Below are positions 17,025 to 26,894 of a DNA stretch of 64,000 nt, in pieces. Under the pieces are notes generated by a model. The model ran no database searches. It saw nothing but the letters and a program-made list of their open reading frames with translations, and was not told the DNA's origin. The stretch is from Candidatus Omnitrophota bacterium (lineage in GTDB: Bacteria > Omnitrophota > Gorgyraeia > Zapsychrales > Zapsychraceae), in the NCBI GenBank assembly GCA_016212005.1, contig JACRHP010000053.1, positions 2,402 through 66,401 on the forward strand. Reading direction: 5' to 3'. A program made the translations under genes and the position numbers. The first letter of the stretch is position 1. Each line of letters begins with the position of its first letter.

Positions 17025-18155
17025 TTATTTACCTTTATTTTTAATCTGCTCGTTGACGATCGCCCCGTTATGCGTAATGAGGCAACCTTTAATGAGGTCG
17101 CTGGCCGTATCGAGCACGAACGCTTTTTGCTCCGCGTTCCAGAACGATTCAATCAGACTGACCAGGTTGCTGGAATACATCTGGCTGGCGTGGACAGCGA
17201 CGTGGCCGGGCAAATTTCCCAGGCCGATCACGCGTACGCCGTTGATCTCCACTTCTTCATCCAACCGGGAACCTTCCACGTTGCCGCCGCTTTCCACGGC
17301 CATGTCGACGATAATACTGCCCGGCTGCATCCGCGCAATCATATCTTTAGTAACAATGAGGGGCGCCTTGCGTCCGAACAACTGGGCCGTGGTGATGACA
17401 ATGTCGGCGGTGGAACAGATTTTGGCCATGCCTTCGCGCTGTTTCTGCAATTGTTCGGGGGTGAGCGCCCTGGCGTAGCCGTCTTTGGTCTGGCCGGTTT
17501 CCCCGAGGTCGATCTTGACGAATTTCGCGCCCAGCGACTGGACCTGTTCTTCCACAACGGGACGCGTGTCGAAAGCCTCCACGCGCGCGCCGAGGCGTCG
17601 GGCCGTCGCGATGGCCTGCAGGCCCGCGACCCCGGCGCCGATAATGAATACCCGTGCCGGCGCGATCGTGCCCGCCGGGGTGGTCATCATCGGGATTATT
17701 TTGGAGAGCCGTTCGGCGGCGAGAATTACGGAAACATAGCCGGCGAGGTTGGCCTGGGAACTCAACGCGTCCATTTTCTGGGCGATCGTGGTGCGCGGGA
17801 TCATTTCCATGCTGATCGAACTTACTCCCGCTTTGACGAAGACCTCGAGCAATTGGGGTTCGTTAAAAGGATCGAGAAAGCTGATGTGGACGACGCCTTT
17901 TTTCAGGCGCGAAATTTCTTCCAGCGGCGGTTTGCGCAGGCGAAGAACAATATCGGAAGAAGACAGGATCGCCGCACGATCGGTCACCTGCGCGCCGGCT
18001 TTTTTGTAGGCTTCGTCGCTCGCGTGGATGGAAGTGCCGAGGCCAGATTCAACGCTGACCGCGGCCCCTTTTTTGACGAGACGCTCGACGGAAGAGGGGA
18101 TAAGGGCGACACGTTTTTCGCCGGGATGCGTTTCTTTGGGGACCCCGATAATCAT
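17025..18155 (-). CDS. pntAA: NAD(P) transhydrogenase subunit alpha part 1 (AlaDH-like dI domain)
   Basis: MIIGVPKETHPGEKRVALIP N-terminus and VFIIGAGVAGLQAIATARRLGA Rossmann motif. Start set at ATG 18155. Confidence 0.9.
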   Translation of the reverse strand: MIIGVPKETHPGEKRVALIPSSVERLVKKGAAVSVESGLGTSIHASDEAYKKAGAQVTDRAAILSSSDIVLRLRKPPLEEISRLKKGVVHISFLDPFNEPQLLEVFVKAGVSSISMEMIPRTTIAQKMDALSSQANLAGYVSVILAAERLSKIIPMMTTPAGTIAPARVFIIGAGVAGLQAIATARRLGARVEAFDTRPVVEEQVQSLGAKFVKIDLGETGQTKDGYARALTPEQLQKQREGMAKICSTADIVITTAQLFGRKAPLIVTKDMIARMQPGSIIVDMAVESGGNVEGSRLDEEVEINGVRVIGLGNLPGHVAVHASQMYSSNLVSLIESFWNAEQKAFVLDTASDLIKGCLITHNGAIVNEQIKNKGK

Positions 18156-18277
18156 GTTGTTTAGATTAGCAAACCGTAAATCAAAGTCAAGGAAGAAATA
18201 ACATGTTTGCGGTCTTGACAAGGGTTTGAAGTGGTGTAAGGATAATCACATTAAAGATTGCAAGAAGCGATTTCTTA

Positions 18278-18408
18278 AATCCGAAGTACGAAATCCGAAA
18301 TACGAAATAAATCCAAAATTTAAAACATTTTAAATTCTAAACGGTCGGTTTTCGGGATTTGGATTTAAAAATTTTGATTTTGTTTCGTATTTCGTGCTTC
18401 GAATTTCG
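18278..18408. repeat. AT-rich modular palindrome, CGAAAT(A/C) type, in the divergent pntAA/fprA-like promoter region
   Basis: Left arm is aaatccgaagtacgaaatccgaaatacgaaataaatcc. Right arm is ggatttggattt...tttcgtatttcgtgcttcgaatttcg. The inner palindrome is aatttaaaa c attttaaatt. Confidence 0.65.
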
Positions 18409-18449
18409 TGTTTGGCATTAAATTGGCGCTGTGGAGAAGGAGTCAGTTT

Positions 18450-19856
18450 ATGGGAAGTGCTCTAGGTTCCCCCGAAAATCCCCTGCGCGTGGCGGTCGTC
18501 GGCGCCGGGCCCAGCGGTTTTTACGCGGCGGAGGCATTGCTGCATTCAGGGAAGAATGTCGTTGTGGATATGTTCGAGCGGCTTCCAGTTCCTTTTGGAC
18601 TTGTCCGTTACGGTGTCGCCCCGGACCATCCTAAAATCAGGAATGTTATCAAGATTTACGAGAAAATCGCGGAGATCCCCGGGTTTTCGTTTTTGGGCAA
18701 CGTGACGGTCGGCAGAGATATTAGTGTAGCTGAATTGAAGAATTTTTATGACGCCGTCCTTTTGACCTGCGGCGCCCAGAGCGACCGGCGGCTGGGCATC
18801 CCCGGCGAAGATTTGCCGGGAAGTCATACGGCCACGGAGTTCGTCGCCTGGTATAACGGCCACCCGGATTTTCGCGCGCGCGAATTCGACCTTTCCGGGC
18901 GGGCGGCGGTCGTCGTTGGCCAGGGGAACGTGGCCGCGGACGTCTGCCGTATCCTGTGCAAGACGCCGGACGAATTGAAAAATACCGATATCGCCGCTTG
19001 CGCGCTGGAGGCTCTGGCAGAGAGCAAGATTCAGGAGGTTCATATGATTGGACGCCGCGGCCCCGTGCAGGCCGCGTTCACGCCCGTTGAGATCAGGGAA
19101 TTCGGCGAACTGGCGGACTGCGACCCGGTCGTTAATCCTCAAGAACTTGCGTTGAACCCCGCCAGCCGGATTGAGCTGGAATCCGCGCAGGAGTTGCGTT
19201 ATAAGAAAAACATTGAAATCCTTCAGAAGTTTGCTGCGGCGGGCCCTTCCGGGAAAAGAAAGAAATTTTTTGTGCATTTTTTAAAAAGTCCTGTGGCATT
19301 GGTGGGCAAGGGGAAAGTGGAGAAGGTCGTTCTGGAGAAAAATGAACTCATCGGCGACCCCGGGAGACAATCCGCCCGAGGCACAGGGCAAAAAGAGGAG
19401 CTGGATTGTGGCCTGTTTTTTCGCAGCGTAGGGTATCGTGGCGTGCCCATGGGGGGTGTCCCGTTTGACGAGCGCCGCGGGGTTATCTCTAATAGAGAAG
19501 GCCGTGTTGCCCAGGGAGAACAAATTGTCCCCGGCCTTTACGTGGCCGGCTGGATCAAGAGAGGGCCCACGGGAGTGATCGGCACCAATAAGCCGGACAG
19601 CGAAGAGACGGCGCGGCATATCCTGGAAGATATCTCCGGGCTCACGCCGTGTCCGCAGCCCGAGACCGGTCTTTTGCTGGACCGGCTGAAGAAAAAAAAT
19701 ATTCGGGCGGTCAGTTTTGCGGACTGGAAGAAAATTGACGCCGCAGAGATCAGGCGCGGGGCAGCGGCCGGCAAGCCGCGCGAGAAGTTTGTCGTCGTGG
19801 CGGATATGCTGGATGCCCTGGGGCAGCCGTCATTTTCAAAAGGGAATAAATTTTAG
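18450..19856 (+). CDS. NADPH:ferredoxin(adrenodoxin) reductase-like FAD-dependent oxidoreductase (FprA type)
   Basis: LRVAVVGAGPSGFYAAEALL FAD motif, a second dinucleotide motif AAVVVGQGNVAADVCR, and GLYVAGWIKRGPTGVIGTNK. Start set at ATG 18450 behind GGAGAAGGAG. Confidence 0.75.
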   Translation: MGSALGSPENPLRVAVVGAGPSGFYAAEALLHSGKNVVVDMFERLPVPFGLVRYGVAPDHPKIRNVIKIYEKIAEIPGFSFLGNVTVGRDISVAELKNFYDAVLLTCGAQSDRRLGIPGEDLPGSHTATEFVAWYNGHPDFRAREFDLSGRAAVVVGQGNVAADVCRILCKTPDELKNTDIAACALEALAESKIQEVHMIGRRGPVQAAFTPVEIREFGELADCDPVVNPQELALNPASRIELESAQELRYKKNIEILQKFAAAGPSGKRKKFFVHFLKSPVALVGKGKVEKVVLEKNELIGDPGRQSARGTGQKEELDCGLFFRSVGYRGVPMGGVPFDERRGVISNREGRVAQGEQIVPGLYVAGWIKRGPTGVIGTNKPDSEETARHILEDISGLTPCPQPETGLLLDRLKKKNIRAVSFADWKKIDAAEIRRGAAAGKPREKFVVVADMLDALGQPSFSKGNKF

Positions 19857-19945
19857 GAAAAATTATAGACAAGGATAGGCATCTGTGTTAATTTCAAAAC
19901 AGTATCCAAAATAAAAATTGTTTAATAATATTTTTTTAAGGAAGG

Positions 19946-21226
19946 TTGATTGTGTCTGAACAAAAAGTTTTTTCCGGCAGTAGCAGGATAATCAGGATTT
20001 TGATGGTGTGTTCTTCGTTGCTGCTCCCAGGATTTTTGTGGGTGCTCCCGAGTTGCGCTGATGACAGCGAGCGGATGGAAAAGCTCGAGCGCGAGGTCCA
20101 GGAACTGAAGTCCGTTGTCAACCAGCTCGTTGAAGAAAACCGGTCCCTCAAGGCCTCCCAAGAGGCCTCTTCGGCCAAAGTCGAATCGTTCGCCGCTGTC
20201 CCTGTCCCCCTGCTTTCCTCCAAAGAAGGATTGGCTCCATCTCTGAATATCCGTGGGTTCGGCCACGCGCAGTATGATTTTTCGCGGAGTGACTACAGTG
20301 ACGACACCCAAGGCGATACCAATCATTTCACCAACGGCGGGGTTGATTTGTTCATAACTTCCAAAGTTGCGGAAAAGATCAGTTTTTTGAATGAAACGGT
20401 TTTTGAATTCGGGTCCAACGGAGCGAATGTCCTTGATGTGGAGCGGGTGTTGCTGAAGTATGATCTGCAGGAGTGGTTGAACATTGCCGTCGGGCGAGGA
20501 CACACCGCCATCGGATACTGGAATCAGAATTTTCATCACGGGACCTGGCTTCAGACGACAACGGCCAGGCCGTTGATCCACCGGTTTGAAGACGACGGCG
20601 GTATCTTGCCTGTCCATTATGTGGGATTGGAATTCAGCGGGACATTGGACGCGCCTGGAGGCTCGCTTTCTTATGCCTCCAACGTGGCCAACGGCCGGGG
20701 AACCATCACAGATGAGGTCCAGTTGATCGAAGATGACAATGATTCCAAGATGGCCGGCATTCAGTTGACCTATGAGCCGCAGGCGTTGGAAGGATTGGGT
20801 GTCGGTGCCAGTTATTTGCATGACGTGATCCCCGACAAGGCCGGCACAACGGATCGCGGCGCTGAAATTGATGAAGATATTTACGGGACGCACCTTTTTT
20901 ACACGTTGCTTCCTTATGAGTTGCTCGCGGAAGCGACATTTGTCGATCATTATAACCGCGACACCAGGCTCCGGAACGTGACGGCTGGCGGATACGTGCA
21001 GCTCGCTTACGCGATTAACAAGTACAAGCCGTATTTCCGTTACGATTGGCTGTGGCTGGACGACGCGGACCCCTTCTTTAGCGGCGTCCAGGATGAAGTT
21101 GGGTACACGACGGGGCTGCGGTATGAACTGTCGGCGTATAACGCGGTCAAAATGGAATACCGTTACGTTAATAAAGACGATGAATACAAAAATGAATTCA
21201 CACTGCAGTCGTCTTTTGCCTTTTAA
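19946..21226 (+). CDS. Putative outer-membrane porin with N-terminal coiled coil (OprO/P-like architecture), copy 1
   Basis: Signal peptide, then a heptad coiled coil (MEKLEREVQELKSVVNQLVEENRSLK). The remainder has alternating beta-strand-like sequence ending in FTLQSSFAF (aromatic C-terminus). Confidence 0.6.
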   Translation: MIVSEQKVFSGSSRIIRILMVCSSLLLPGFLWVLPSCADDSERMEKLEREVQELKSVVNQLVEENRSLKASQEASSAKVESFAAVPVPLLSSKEGLAPSLNIRGFGHAQYDFSRSDYSDDTQGDTNHFTNGGVDLFITSKVAEKISFLNETVFEFGSNGANVLDVERVLLKYDLQEWLNIAVGRGHTAIGYWNQNFHHGTWLQTTTARPLIHRFEDDGGILPVHYVGLEFSGTLDAPGGSLSYASNVANGRGTITDEVQLIEDDNDSKMAGIQLTYEPQALEGLGVGASYLHDVIPDKAGTTDRGAEIDEDIYGTHLFYTLLPYELLAEATFVDHYNRDTRLRNVTAGGYVQLAYAINKYKPYFRYDWLWLDDADPFFSGVQDEVGYTTGLRYELSAYNAVKMEYRYVNKDDEYKNEFTLQSSFAF

Positions 21227-21242
21227 GTTAAACAAGGTGCGG

Positions 21243-21710
21243 ATGTATTTTGATAAAAAAATACGTTTGGGGAACATAGCAAGGGCAGCCTTCCTTTGTG
21301 TCTTTCTTTTTCTTTCCTCTGGTTCCGCTTTTGGCGAGATCGTCGCGATCGTCCATCCCAGTAACGCGGTAACGGAGTTCTCAACGGATGAACTCAAGAA
21401 AATTTTTATGAACAACCGGAAAAACTGGCCGGACGGGACCGCCATCACCGTATGGCTGCCCGCGTGGGGAAGCGATGAAATGACCGCGCTGACGACCCGG
21501 ATTATCAAGTGCGGCAATGAGTCGAATTTGAAGAAGTATTATCTGACGGCCATTTTCCAGCAGAAGATCGTTGAGATCCCAACTTCAGTCCGGGACGAGC
21601 AGGAGGCGGTGAGGATGGTGGCCGCCAACGCCGGGAGTATCGCCATCGTCGATGAATCAAAAATTTTGGGAAGCACCGGAATAAAGATTGTGCGTATCAG
21701 TGGTCTTTAA
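21243..21710 (+). CDS. Small periplasmic PstS/PBP-like substrate-binding domain protein, copy 1
   Basis: Signal peptide, then IVAIVHPSNAVTEFSTDELKKIFMNNRKNWPDG, typical of the phosphate-binding-protein-like N-terminal lobe. About 155 aa. Start trimmed to ATG 21243. Confidence 0.6.
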   Translation: MYFDKKIRLGNIARAAFLCVFLFLSSGSAFGEIVAIVHPSNAVTEFSTDELKKIFMNNRKNWPDGTAITVWLPAWGSDEMTALTTRIIKCGNESNLKKYYLTAIFQQKIVEIPTSVRDEQEAVRMVAANAGSIAIVDESKILGSTGIKIVRISGL

Positions 21711-21740
21711 TTCTTTAAACAGCCGGCAGGGAGGAAAAAC

Positions 21741-22934
21741 GTGAAAATTTTAAAAAATTTTTTGGTAGTTTTTATGTTGGGGGCTGTCCTGGCGCCATCG
21801 GCCTTTGCCGATGAGGAAATCGACCGCCTGAAAAGCGAAATGCAGTCCATGCGCGATACAGTTACGCAGCTGCAGCAGACCATCGCCCAGATGCAGACCG
21901 TTATAGAAAGACATGAAGCGGCTTCGCCCGCGGCTGTTTCCGCCGCGCCGGCTCCAGGTCCTGGCGGGGACGTCGCGGACCTGCGTTCGGAAGTGGAAGA
22001 TCTCAAGGGGGATATCGCCCGGTTCCTGAAGATCAGCGGTTATTATGATTTCGAGTGGCTCATGGACGACAAGGAGGCCAGCCCCAACGAGTTCAAGCAG
22101 CATCACCTATCCTTTTTCTTTGACAAGAGGATTGAGGACTGGCATTTTTTTACGGAACTTGAGTTCGAATACGCCTTTGACTTCGCCGGGTCCGGGGGGG
22201 GTGTCACCGGTGGCGGTGAGGCCAAGGTGGAGACAACGTGGCTTGAATATAACCATAACGATCTTTTCAATATCCGCGGAGGGAAACTGCTGATGCCGCA
22301 GTATTGGACGACCAATCATTATCCTTCCCAAACTGTTTCCACGTCCCGTCCATTAATTGTCAAAAATGTTATCCCGTTTGACACAACGGGGGTCTCCGTT
22401 TACGGCACTAAGTATTTTAGAAACGAGTGGGGCGGGTCGTACAATTTGTTTGTCGGCAATGGTGAGGCGGCTGACCGTTCCAAGGACGACGCCAATGAGG
22501 ATAAGGTTTGGGGCGGCAAGTTGACCGCCCACATGCCGTTTTTTGACCGGTTTGACGTGGCCGGTTCCACTTACATCGGCTCAAACGCCAGCAGCAAAAG
22601 TGAGTGGATGTGGGGGGTGGAAACCCAGATCAATATCAAAGACTTTGAACTCCTCGCTGAACTCGCGCATAACAATAACGAGGGCCAGTTTGGATATTAC
22701 GTCCAGCCGAGCTACCGCTTCCTGCCCAAGTGGACAACTTTCTACCGTCTGGACACCCGCGATGACAATAATAAGATCGATGACCCGGATGATGCTCTCC
22801 GGCATATAGTAGGGTTACGTTATCAGCCGTTGACGGCTATTTCCTTGAAAGGGGAGTTGTACCAGGATACCCCTGATGACAGGACGAGAGAAAGAGCCAA
22901 CGGGTTTATTTCATCGGTTGTCATATTTTTCTAA
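21741..22934 (+). CDS. Putative outer-membrane porin with N-terminal coiled coil, copy 2
   Basis: Same architecture as 19946-21226: signal peptide (APSAFA), a coiled coil (IDRLKSEMQSMRDTVTQLQQTIAQMQ) and a beta-rich body ending in SSVVIFF. Confidence 0.6.
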   Translation: MKILKNFLVVFMLGAVLAPSAFADEEIDRLKSEMQSMRDTVTQLQQTIAQMQTVIERHEAASPAAVSAAPAPGPGGDVADLRSEVEDLKGDIARFLKISGYYDFEWLMDDKEASPNEFKQHHLSFFFDKRIEDWHFFTELEFEYAFDFAGSGGGVTGGGEAKVETTWLEYNHNDLFNIRGGKLLMPQYWTTNHYPSQTVSTSRPLIVKNVIPFDTTGVSVYGTKYFRNEWGGSYNLFVGNGEAADRSKDDANEDKVWGGKLTAHMPFFDRFDVAGSTYIGSNASSKSEWMWGVETQINIKDFELLAELAHNNNEGQFGYYVQPSYRFLPKWTTFYRLDTRDDNNKIDDPDDALRHIVGLRYQPLTAISLKGELYQDTPDDRTRERANGFISSVVIFF

Positions 22935-22969
22935 AACACTGGGCGTTTTAACGCATAAGGGGAAAAGGT

Positions 22970-23416
22970 ATGATGATAGACAGAAAAACTAGGGTTATTG
23001 TAATAGGGATACTGGCCATCGGCTTGTTCACAGCGCGTCCTTCTTTGGGTTTTAGCGACGTCGTTGTTATTGTGAACAAGGATAACCCGGTCCAGACCGT
23101 GAAAAAGAGCGCGCTGGTCAGGTATTTCATGAAAAAAACGACCCGCTGGGACAATGGCACGCGCGTGGTCCCGGTTGATTTGACGGTCAGCGATTCGGTC
23201 CGGCAGGAATTTTCTGAAGGAATTTTGAAAAAATCTCCCCACGAGGTTGAAGAATACTGGATCGCCGAGAGCCTGACTGGCGGGAAATCGGCGCCGGAGA
23301 TCGTCACCGATTCCGTCCTGGTGAAAAAGCGTGTCGCCGCGGACGCGGGCGCTTTGGGATACATTGACAGGACGCAGGCTGACGCAACCGTCAAGATCGT
23401 TGAGATCGTCGACTGA
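22970..23416 (+). CDS. Small periplasmic PstS/PBP-like substrate-binding domain protein, copy 2
   Basis: Signal peptide, then [33 protein letters not shown]. Paralogous in layout to 21243-21710. Confidence 0.6.
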   Translation: MMIDRKTRVIVIGILAIGLFTARPSLGFSDVVVIVNKDNPVQTVKKSALVRYFMKKTTRWDNGTRVVPVDLTVSDSVRQEFSEGILKKSPHEVEEYWIAESLTGGKSAPEIVTDSVLVKKRVAADAGALGYIDRTQADATVKIVEIVD

Positions 23417-23442
23417 CGATCCAGCTTTCCTGGAGACCCCCC

Positions 23443-24945
23443 ATGGTGCAAAAAAGTTCCCTTCTGATCAAGGTATTGTTTTGGCTGGGGACCTTGGTCT
23501 TTTTTATGGGCGTTATCGCTTACTCCTCGATCCGCAACGCCAGCGAAGTCGTGGGTGCTTCCAACAAAATTTTGTCCGTAACCTACCCTGAACTCCAAGC
23601 TACGGAACGCCTCAACAAGGCCATCGAAAATATCCAGCAGATCCTCATCGAGGGGATACGTTATAACGACGAAGAATACATCAAAGAAGTCGAAAAAGAA
23701 GCGGCCCTGTTTAATAATACGATCAAGGGGTTGCGGAAGGTCAGGGAAGACCCCGTCCTGATCCGTTTGCAAAAAACGTTTAATGACTACGTCCAGCGCG
23801 GCCAGAATATTTGCCAGTTATATCTCAAAAACCAGGATATCTCCGCCATCGGCAACGACCTCAAGGAGATGGGAGAAACAAGCAAGGGGATGCAGTCGGA
23901 AATTACCAGTTTTCGCGACATAAAAGTGCAGGAGTTCCAGGATTCCATCCACAGGATGTCGGTCTTGAGCGATAAGAATTCGAAAATATCCATGTTCAGC
24001 ATCCTGCCGACCGTTGTTGTGGGGTTTATAGTGGCGTTTATGATTTTAAAAATCGTTGTTATCCCTGTCCGGGAAATTGTGGAAAAGATCAAGGAAATCG
24101 CCGAGGAAGGGGACCTGCGCAAACGCGTGAAGGTGACCGGCAATGACGAGCTCACCGACCTGGCGAAGAGTTTTAATGACCTTATTTATCGTTTCGAAAA
24201 TATCGTGCGCAACATCCGGCAGGGGGCTTCGCATCTGATGGGGTCTTCGGAGGAAATCACCGCGGTCTCGGCGAGCATCTCCGACGGCGCCCAGCAGCAG
24301 ACCGCCACGTTCGAGGAACTCTCCAGCGCGGTCCAGTCCAACGCGCTCAACGCCCGTTCAGCCAATGAGATGTCGCAACAGGCCGCCAGCGGCATCGAGA
24401 AGGTCAATGAAGGGATGCAGAATACCATTGAGGCGATGACCGTCATCGAGCGTGGTTCCAAGCAGATCACGGAGGCGGTCCAGCTGATCACGGACATCGC
24501 GGACCAGACCAACCTGCTGGCGCTCAACGCTGCCATCGAAGCGGCGCGCGCCGGTGAACACGGCAAAGGGTTCGCGGTCGTGGCTGACGAGGTGCGCAAA
24601 CTTGCGGAACGAAGCGCCTCCTCCGCCAGTGAAATCTCGAAACTCATGACCGAAAGCGCAAAACAGGTCAAGGACGGGACGCAGCTTTCCTCCGAAGCCG
24701 GCAAGGATTTGAAGGAAATTGTGGGCCGGATCATGAAAATCGCCGAGCAGCTGGAATCCATATCAGACGCCACGCAAAAGCAGGCCACGGCCATGGAGGA
24801 GAGCACTTCCATCGTCGAGTCCAATGCCGCCTCCGCCGAAGAGATGTCCGCTTCATCCCTGGAGATGAACAAGCAGGTTGAGAGTCTCGAGGCCCTCGTG
24901 AATCAGTTCAAGATCAGCGAGATAAAAAAGACCGAAAAGGCGTGA
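23443..24945 (+). CDS. Methyl-accepting chemotaxis protein
   Basis: Two TM segments flank a ~170-aa periplasmic helical domain. A HAMP domain follows, then the conserved signalling hairpin [40 protein letters not shown]. Confidence 0.9.
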   Translation: MVQKSSLLIKVLFWLGTLVFFMGVIAYSSIRNASEVVGASNKILSVTYPELQATERLNKAIENIQQILIEGIRYNDEEYIKEVEKEAALFNNTIKGLRKVREDPVLIRLQKTFNDYVQRGQNICQLYLKNQDISAIGNDLKEMGETSKGMQSEITSFRDIKVQEFQDSIHRMSVLSDKNSKISMFSILPTVVVGFIVAFMILKIVVIPVREIVEKIKEIAEEGDLRKRVKVTGNDELTDLAKSFNDLIYRFENIVRNIRQGASHLMGSSEEITAVSASISDGAQQQTATFEELSSAVQSNALNARSANEMSQQAASGIEKVNEGMQNTIEAMTVIERGSKQITEAVQLITDIADQTNLLALNAAIEAARAGEHGKGFAVVADEVRKLAERSASSASEISKLMTESAKQVKDGTQLSSEAGKDLKEIVGRIMKIAEQLESISDATQKQATAMEESTSIVESNAASAEEMSASSLEMNKQVESLEALVNQFKISEIKKTEKA

Positions 24946-25011
24946 TCAGATTCCCGGCAATTTCTGAAGGGGGCCGATGGAGCCGACTTACCCCGGTAGA
25001 CAAAAAAGGAA

Positions 25012-25950
25012 ATGGTTATCAAAAAGGGCGCCCATAGCGATGTTTCTTCCCCTAAAGAGTCGGAGGAAATCAAGATCGTCGAGTTTTGCGTGGGGGAGAA
25101 GTTCTATGGCGTCGATGTCATGCAAATCCGCGAGATCCTGCGGGCCTCAACCGGTATCGTCCCGGTTGCCGGGACGCACCCTTCCGTCTGCGGGGTTATC
25201 AACTTACGCGGGAAGATAATCCCTGTTATCAATCTGGCTTTTCATCTCAACATCCCCGTCACGTACGATCCTGTCCAGAGCCGGGTCATTATTTCCGAAT
25301 TTAACCATCTCCGCGTCGGGTTCTGGGTGCATCGCGTTACGAGGATACACCGTATGTTCAAGTCGGCCATTGACCTGCCTTCCGACCTCGTGCAGTCGCG
25401 GGGGTATTACATCAACGGCGCTACCCGGCTGGAAGACCGGATCCTTTTTCTTCTGGACTTCGCGAGGATCACCCAGGACATCCATCCCGAAGATGATCTG
25501 CCCGAGGCAAAACCCGTTTCGCTTCCGATCCCGCGGGCGGATTTTGACCGTTCGACGAAGAAAATCCTCGTCGTGGAAGATTCCGCGTTCATCCGCAAGC
25601 TGGTGGCCCGTTACGCGCGTGACGCGGGGTACAACATCGCGACCGTCGCTAACGGCCATGAGGCTTGGCAGGTGCTGGAGGAAACGGTGCGTTCGCCGGG
25701 CTTTCAGGATATTTCCCGGCATTATCATCTGATCGTCACGGACCTTGAAATGCCTGTCATGGACGGGATCGGGTTGATCCGCAAGCTGCGCGCGCATCCT
25801 TTGTTGCAGAAATTGCCTTGCATTGTTTTTTCCGCATTTTTGACGGAAGAACGGATCAGGCAATGTCAGGCCGCGGGCGCCGATGCCGAAATAGCCAAGG
25901 ACGACGTTGAGCGTCTTATCAACCTTATCGACAGTAAAGTGATCAGATAA
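25012..25950 (+). CDS. cheV: Chemotaxis protein CheV (CheW domain + receiver domain)
   Basis: N-terminal CheW-like segment (VEFCVGEKFYGVDVMQIREIL). C-terminal REC domain (ILVVEDSAFIR...LIVTDLEMPVMDG). Confidence 0.85.
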   Translation: MVIKKGAHSDVSSPKESEEIKIVEFCVGEKFYGVDVMQIREILRASTGIVPVAGTHPSVCGVINLRGKIIPVINLAFHLNIPVTYDPVQSRVIISEFNHLRVGFWVHRVTRIHRMFKSAIDLPSDLVQSRGYYINGATRLEDRILFLLDFARITQDIHPEDDLPEAKPVSLPIPRADFDRSTKKILVVEDSAFIRKLVARYARDAGYNIATVANGHEAWQVLEETVRSPGFQDISRHYHLIVTDLEMPVMDGIGLIRKLRAHPLLQKLPCIVFSAFLTEERIRQCQAAGADAEIAKDDVERLINLIDSKVIR

Positions 25951-26366
25951 TGACGGATCCTTCTTCCCTTGAACGCAGACACTATGTCCGCCTGGACCGT
26001 CAGCACATGTTGCGGCACGAAAGGTATGACTTTCAGATGGTCGAGGAGCGGGAGGCGTTTGAAGAAGGCATGCTGAAGAACTACAGCCAGAACGGGGCCC
26101 TTTTTGAAGTCAGAACGAAATATCATGTCGGAGATATCGTGAAACTGGCCATTACGATCCCCGGATGGGAAAGATACAAGAATGAATTTTATAAAGAGGA
26201 TAAAACTTCGCGCGTTGAGCCTGTCGTCGTGCTGGCGTGTGTTATCCGGGTGGAGGCGTTGATCCTCAACGAGATCTATGATATCGGCGTCCAGTTTGTC
26301 AGCATTGACGAGGGTGACCGCTGGAGCCTTATGAGGCAGATCAAGGCGCAGTTGGAGGATGAATGA
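25950..26366 (+). CDS. PilZ domain protein
   Basis: RRHYVR (RxxxR-type) and NYSQNGALF (D/NxSxxG) c-di-GMP-binding motifs. 138 aa, overlapping the cheV stop and the cheW start. Confidence 0.7.
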   Translation: MTDPSSLERRHYVRLDRQHMLRHERYDFQMVEEREAFEEGMLKNYSQNGALFEVRTKYHVGDIVKLAITIPGWERYKNEFYKEDKTSRVEPVVVLACVIRVEALILNEIYDIGVQFVSIDEGDRWSLMRQIKAQLEDE

Positions 26367-26872
26367 TGGACGAAGACCAGTTTGCCCAGGGGCAACCGGG
26401 CGTCGCGATCCTTCAACTGGTCAGTTTCAAGTTCGCGGACGAGGAATACGCCCTGGATATCGCGCATATCCAGGAGGTTATCCATGTCCAGAAGATCACC
26501 TACGTGCCGCAGATGCCGGATTTCTCCCTGGGCGTTATCAATATCCGGGGGAACATCATCCCCGTTTTTGACCTGCGGCGCAAATTCGGCCTGCGGGAAA
26601 AAGCTTTTGATGAGAAATCAAAGATGGTCGTCGTCGGCGTGGACGGCACACAGATCTGTTTTGTGGTCGATGAGATGCTGGACCACATCAAGATAGAACT
26701 CGCTTCCCTGGCTCCGGCGCCCGCCGTCAAGATGAAGATTAAAAGAGAATGCATCGCCGGCATCGGGAGGCTGGATGAGCGCATGATCATCATCCTTGAT
26801 CTGGCAAGAATCCATGGGTCGATCCTGGAGGATATCCAGGGACTGATCTCCCGCGAGAAAGTTCAGCCGTGA
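26363..26872 (+). CDS. cheW: Chemotaxis coupling protein CheW
   Basis: LVSFKFADEEYALDIAHIQEV and GVINIRGNIIPVFDLRRKFG are typical CheW segments. Confidence 0.85.
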   Translation: MMDEDQFAQGQPGVAILQLVSFKFADEEYALDIAHIQEVIHVQKITYVPQMPDFSLGVINIRGNIIPVFDLRRKFGLREKAFDEKSKMVVVGVDGTQICFVVDEMLDHIKIELASLAPAPAVKMKIKRECIAGIGRLDERMIIILDLARIHGSILEDIQGLISREKVQP

Positions 26873-26894
26873 TACGGATAAGATACCTTAAGAT

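Noticed and set aside
16664-17152. 162-aa minus-strand ORF spanning the pntAA-pntAB spacer
   Set aside because: It overlaps the pntAA 3' end out of frame, and its middle is encoded by hairpin-forming repeats. The translation is Ser/Arg-rich and shows no protein-like features.
17070-18164. 364-aa plus-strand ORF
   Set aside because: It is fully antisense to pntAA, which has clear family motifs. The translation is Arg/Gly/Asp-rich with no motifs.
19922-21517. 531-aa minus-strand ORF
   Set aside because: It is antisense to the porin and PBP-like genes. It has no signal or motif content, whereas the plus-strand genes have signal peptides and OMP-type C-termini.
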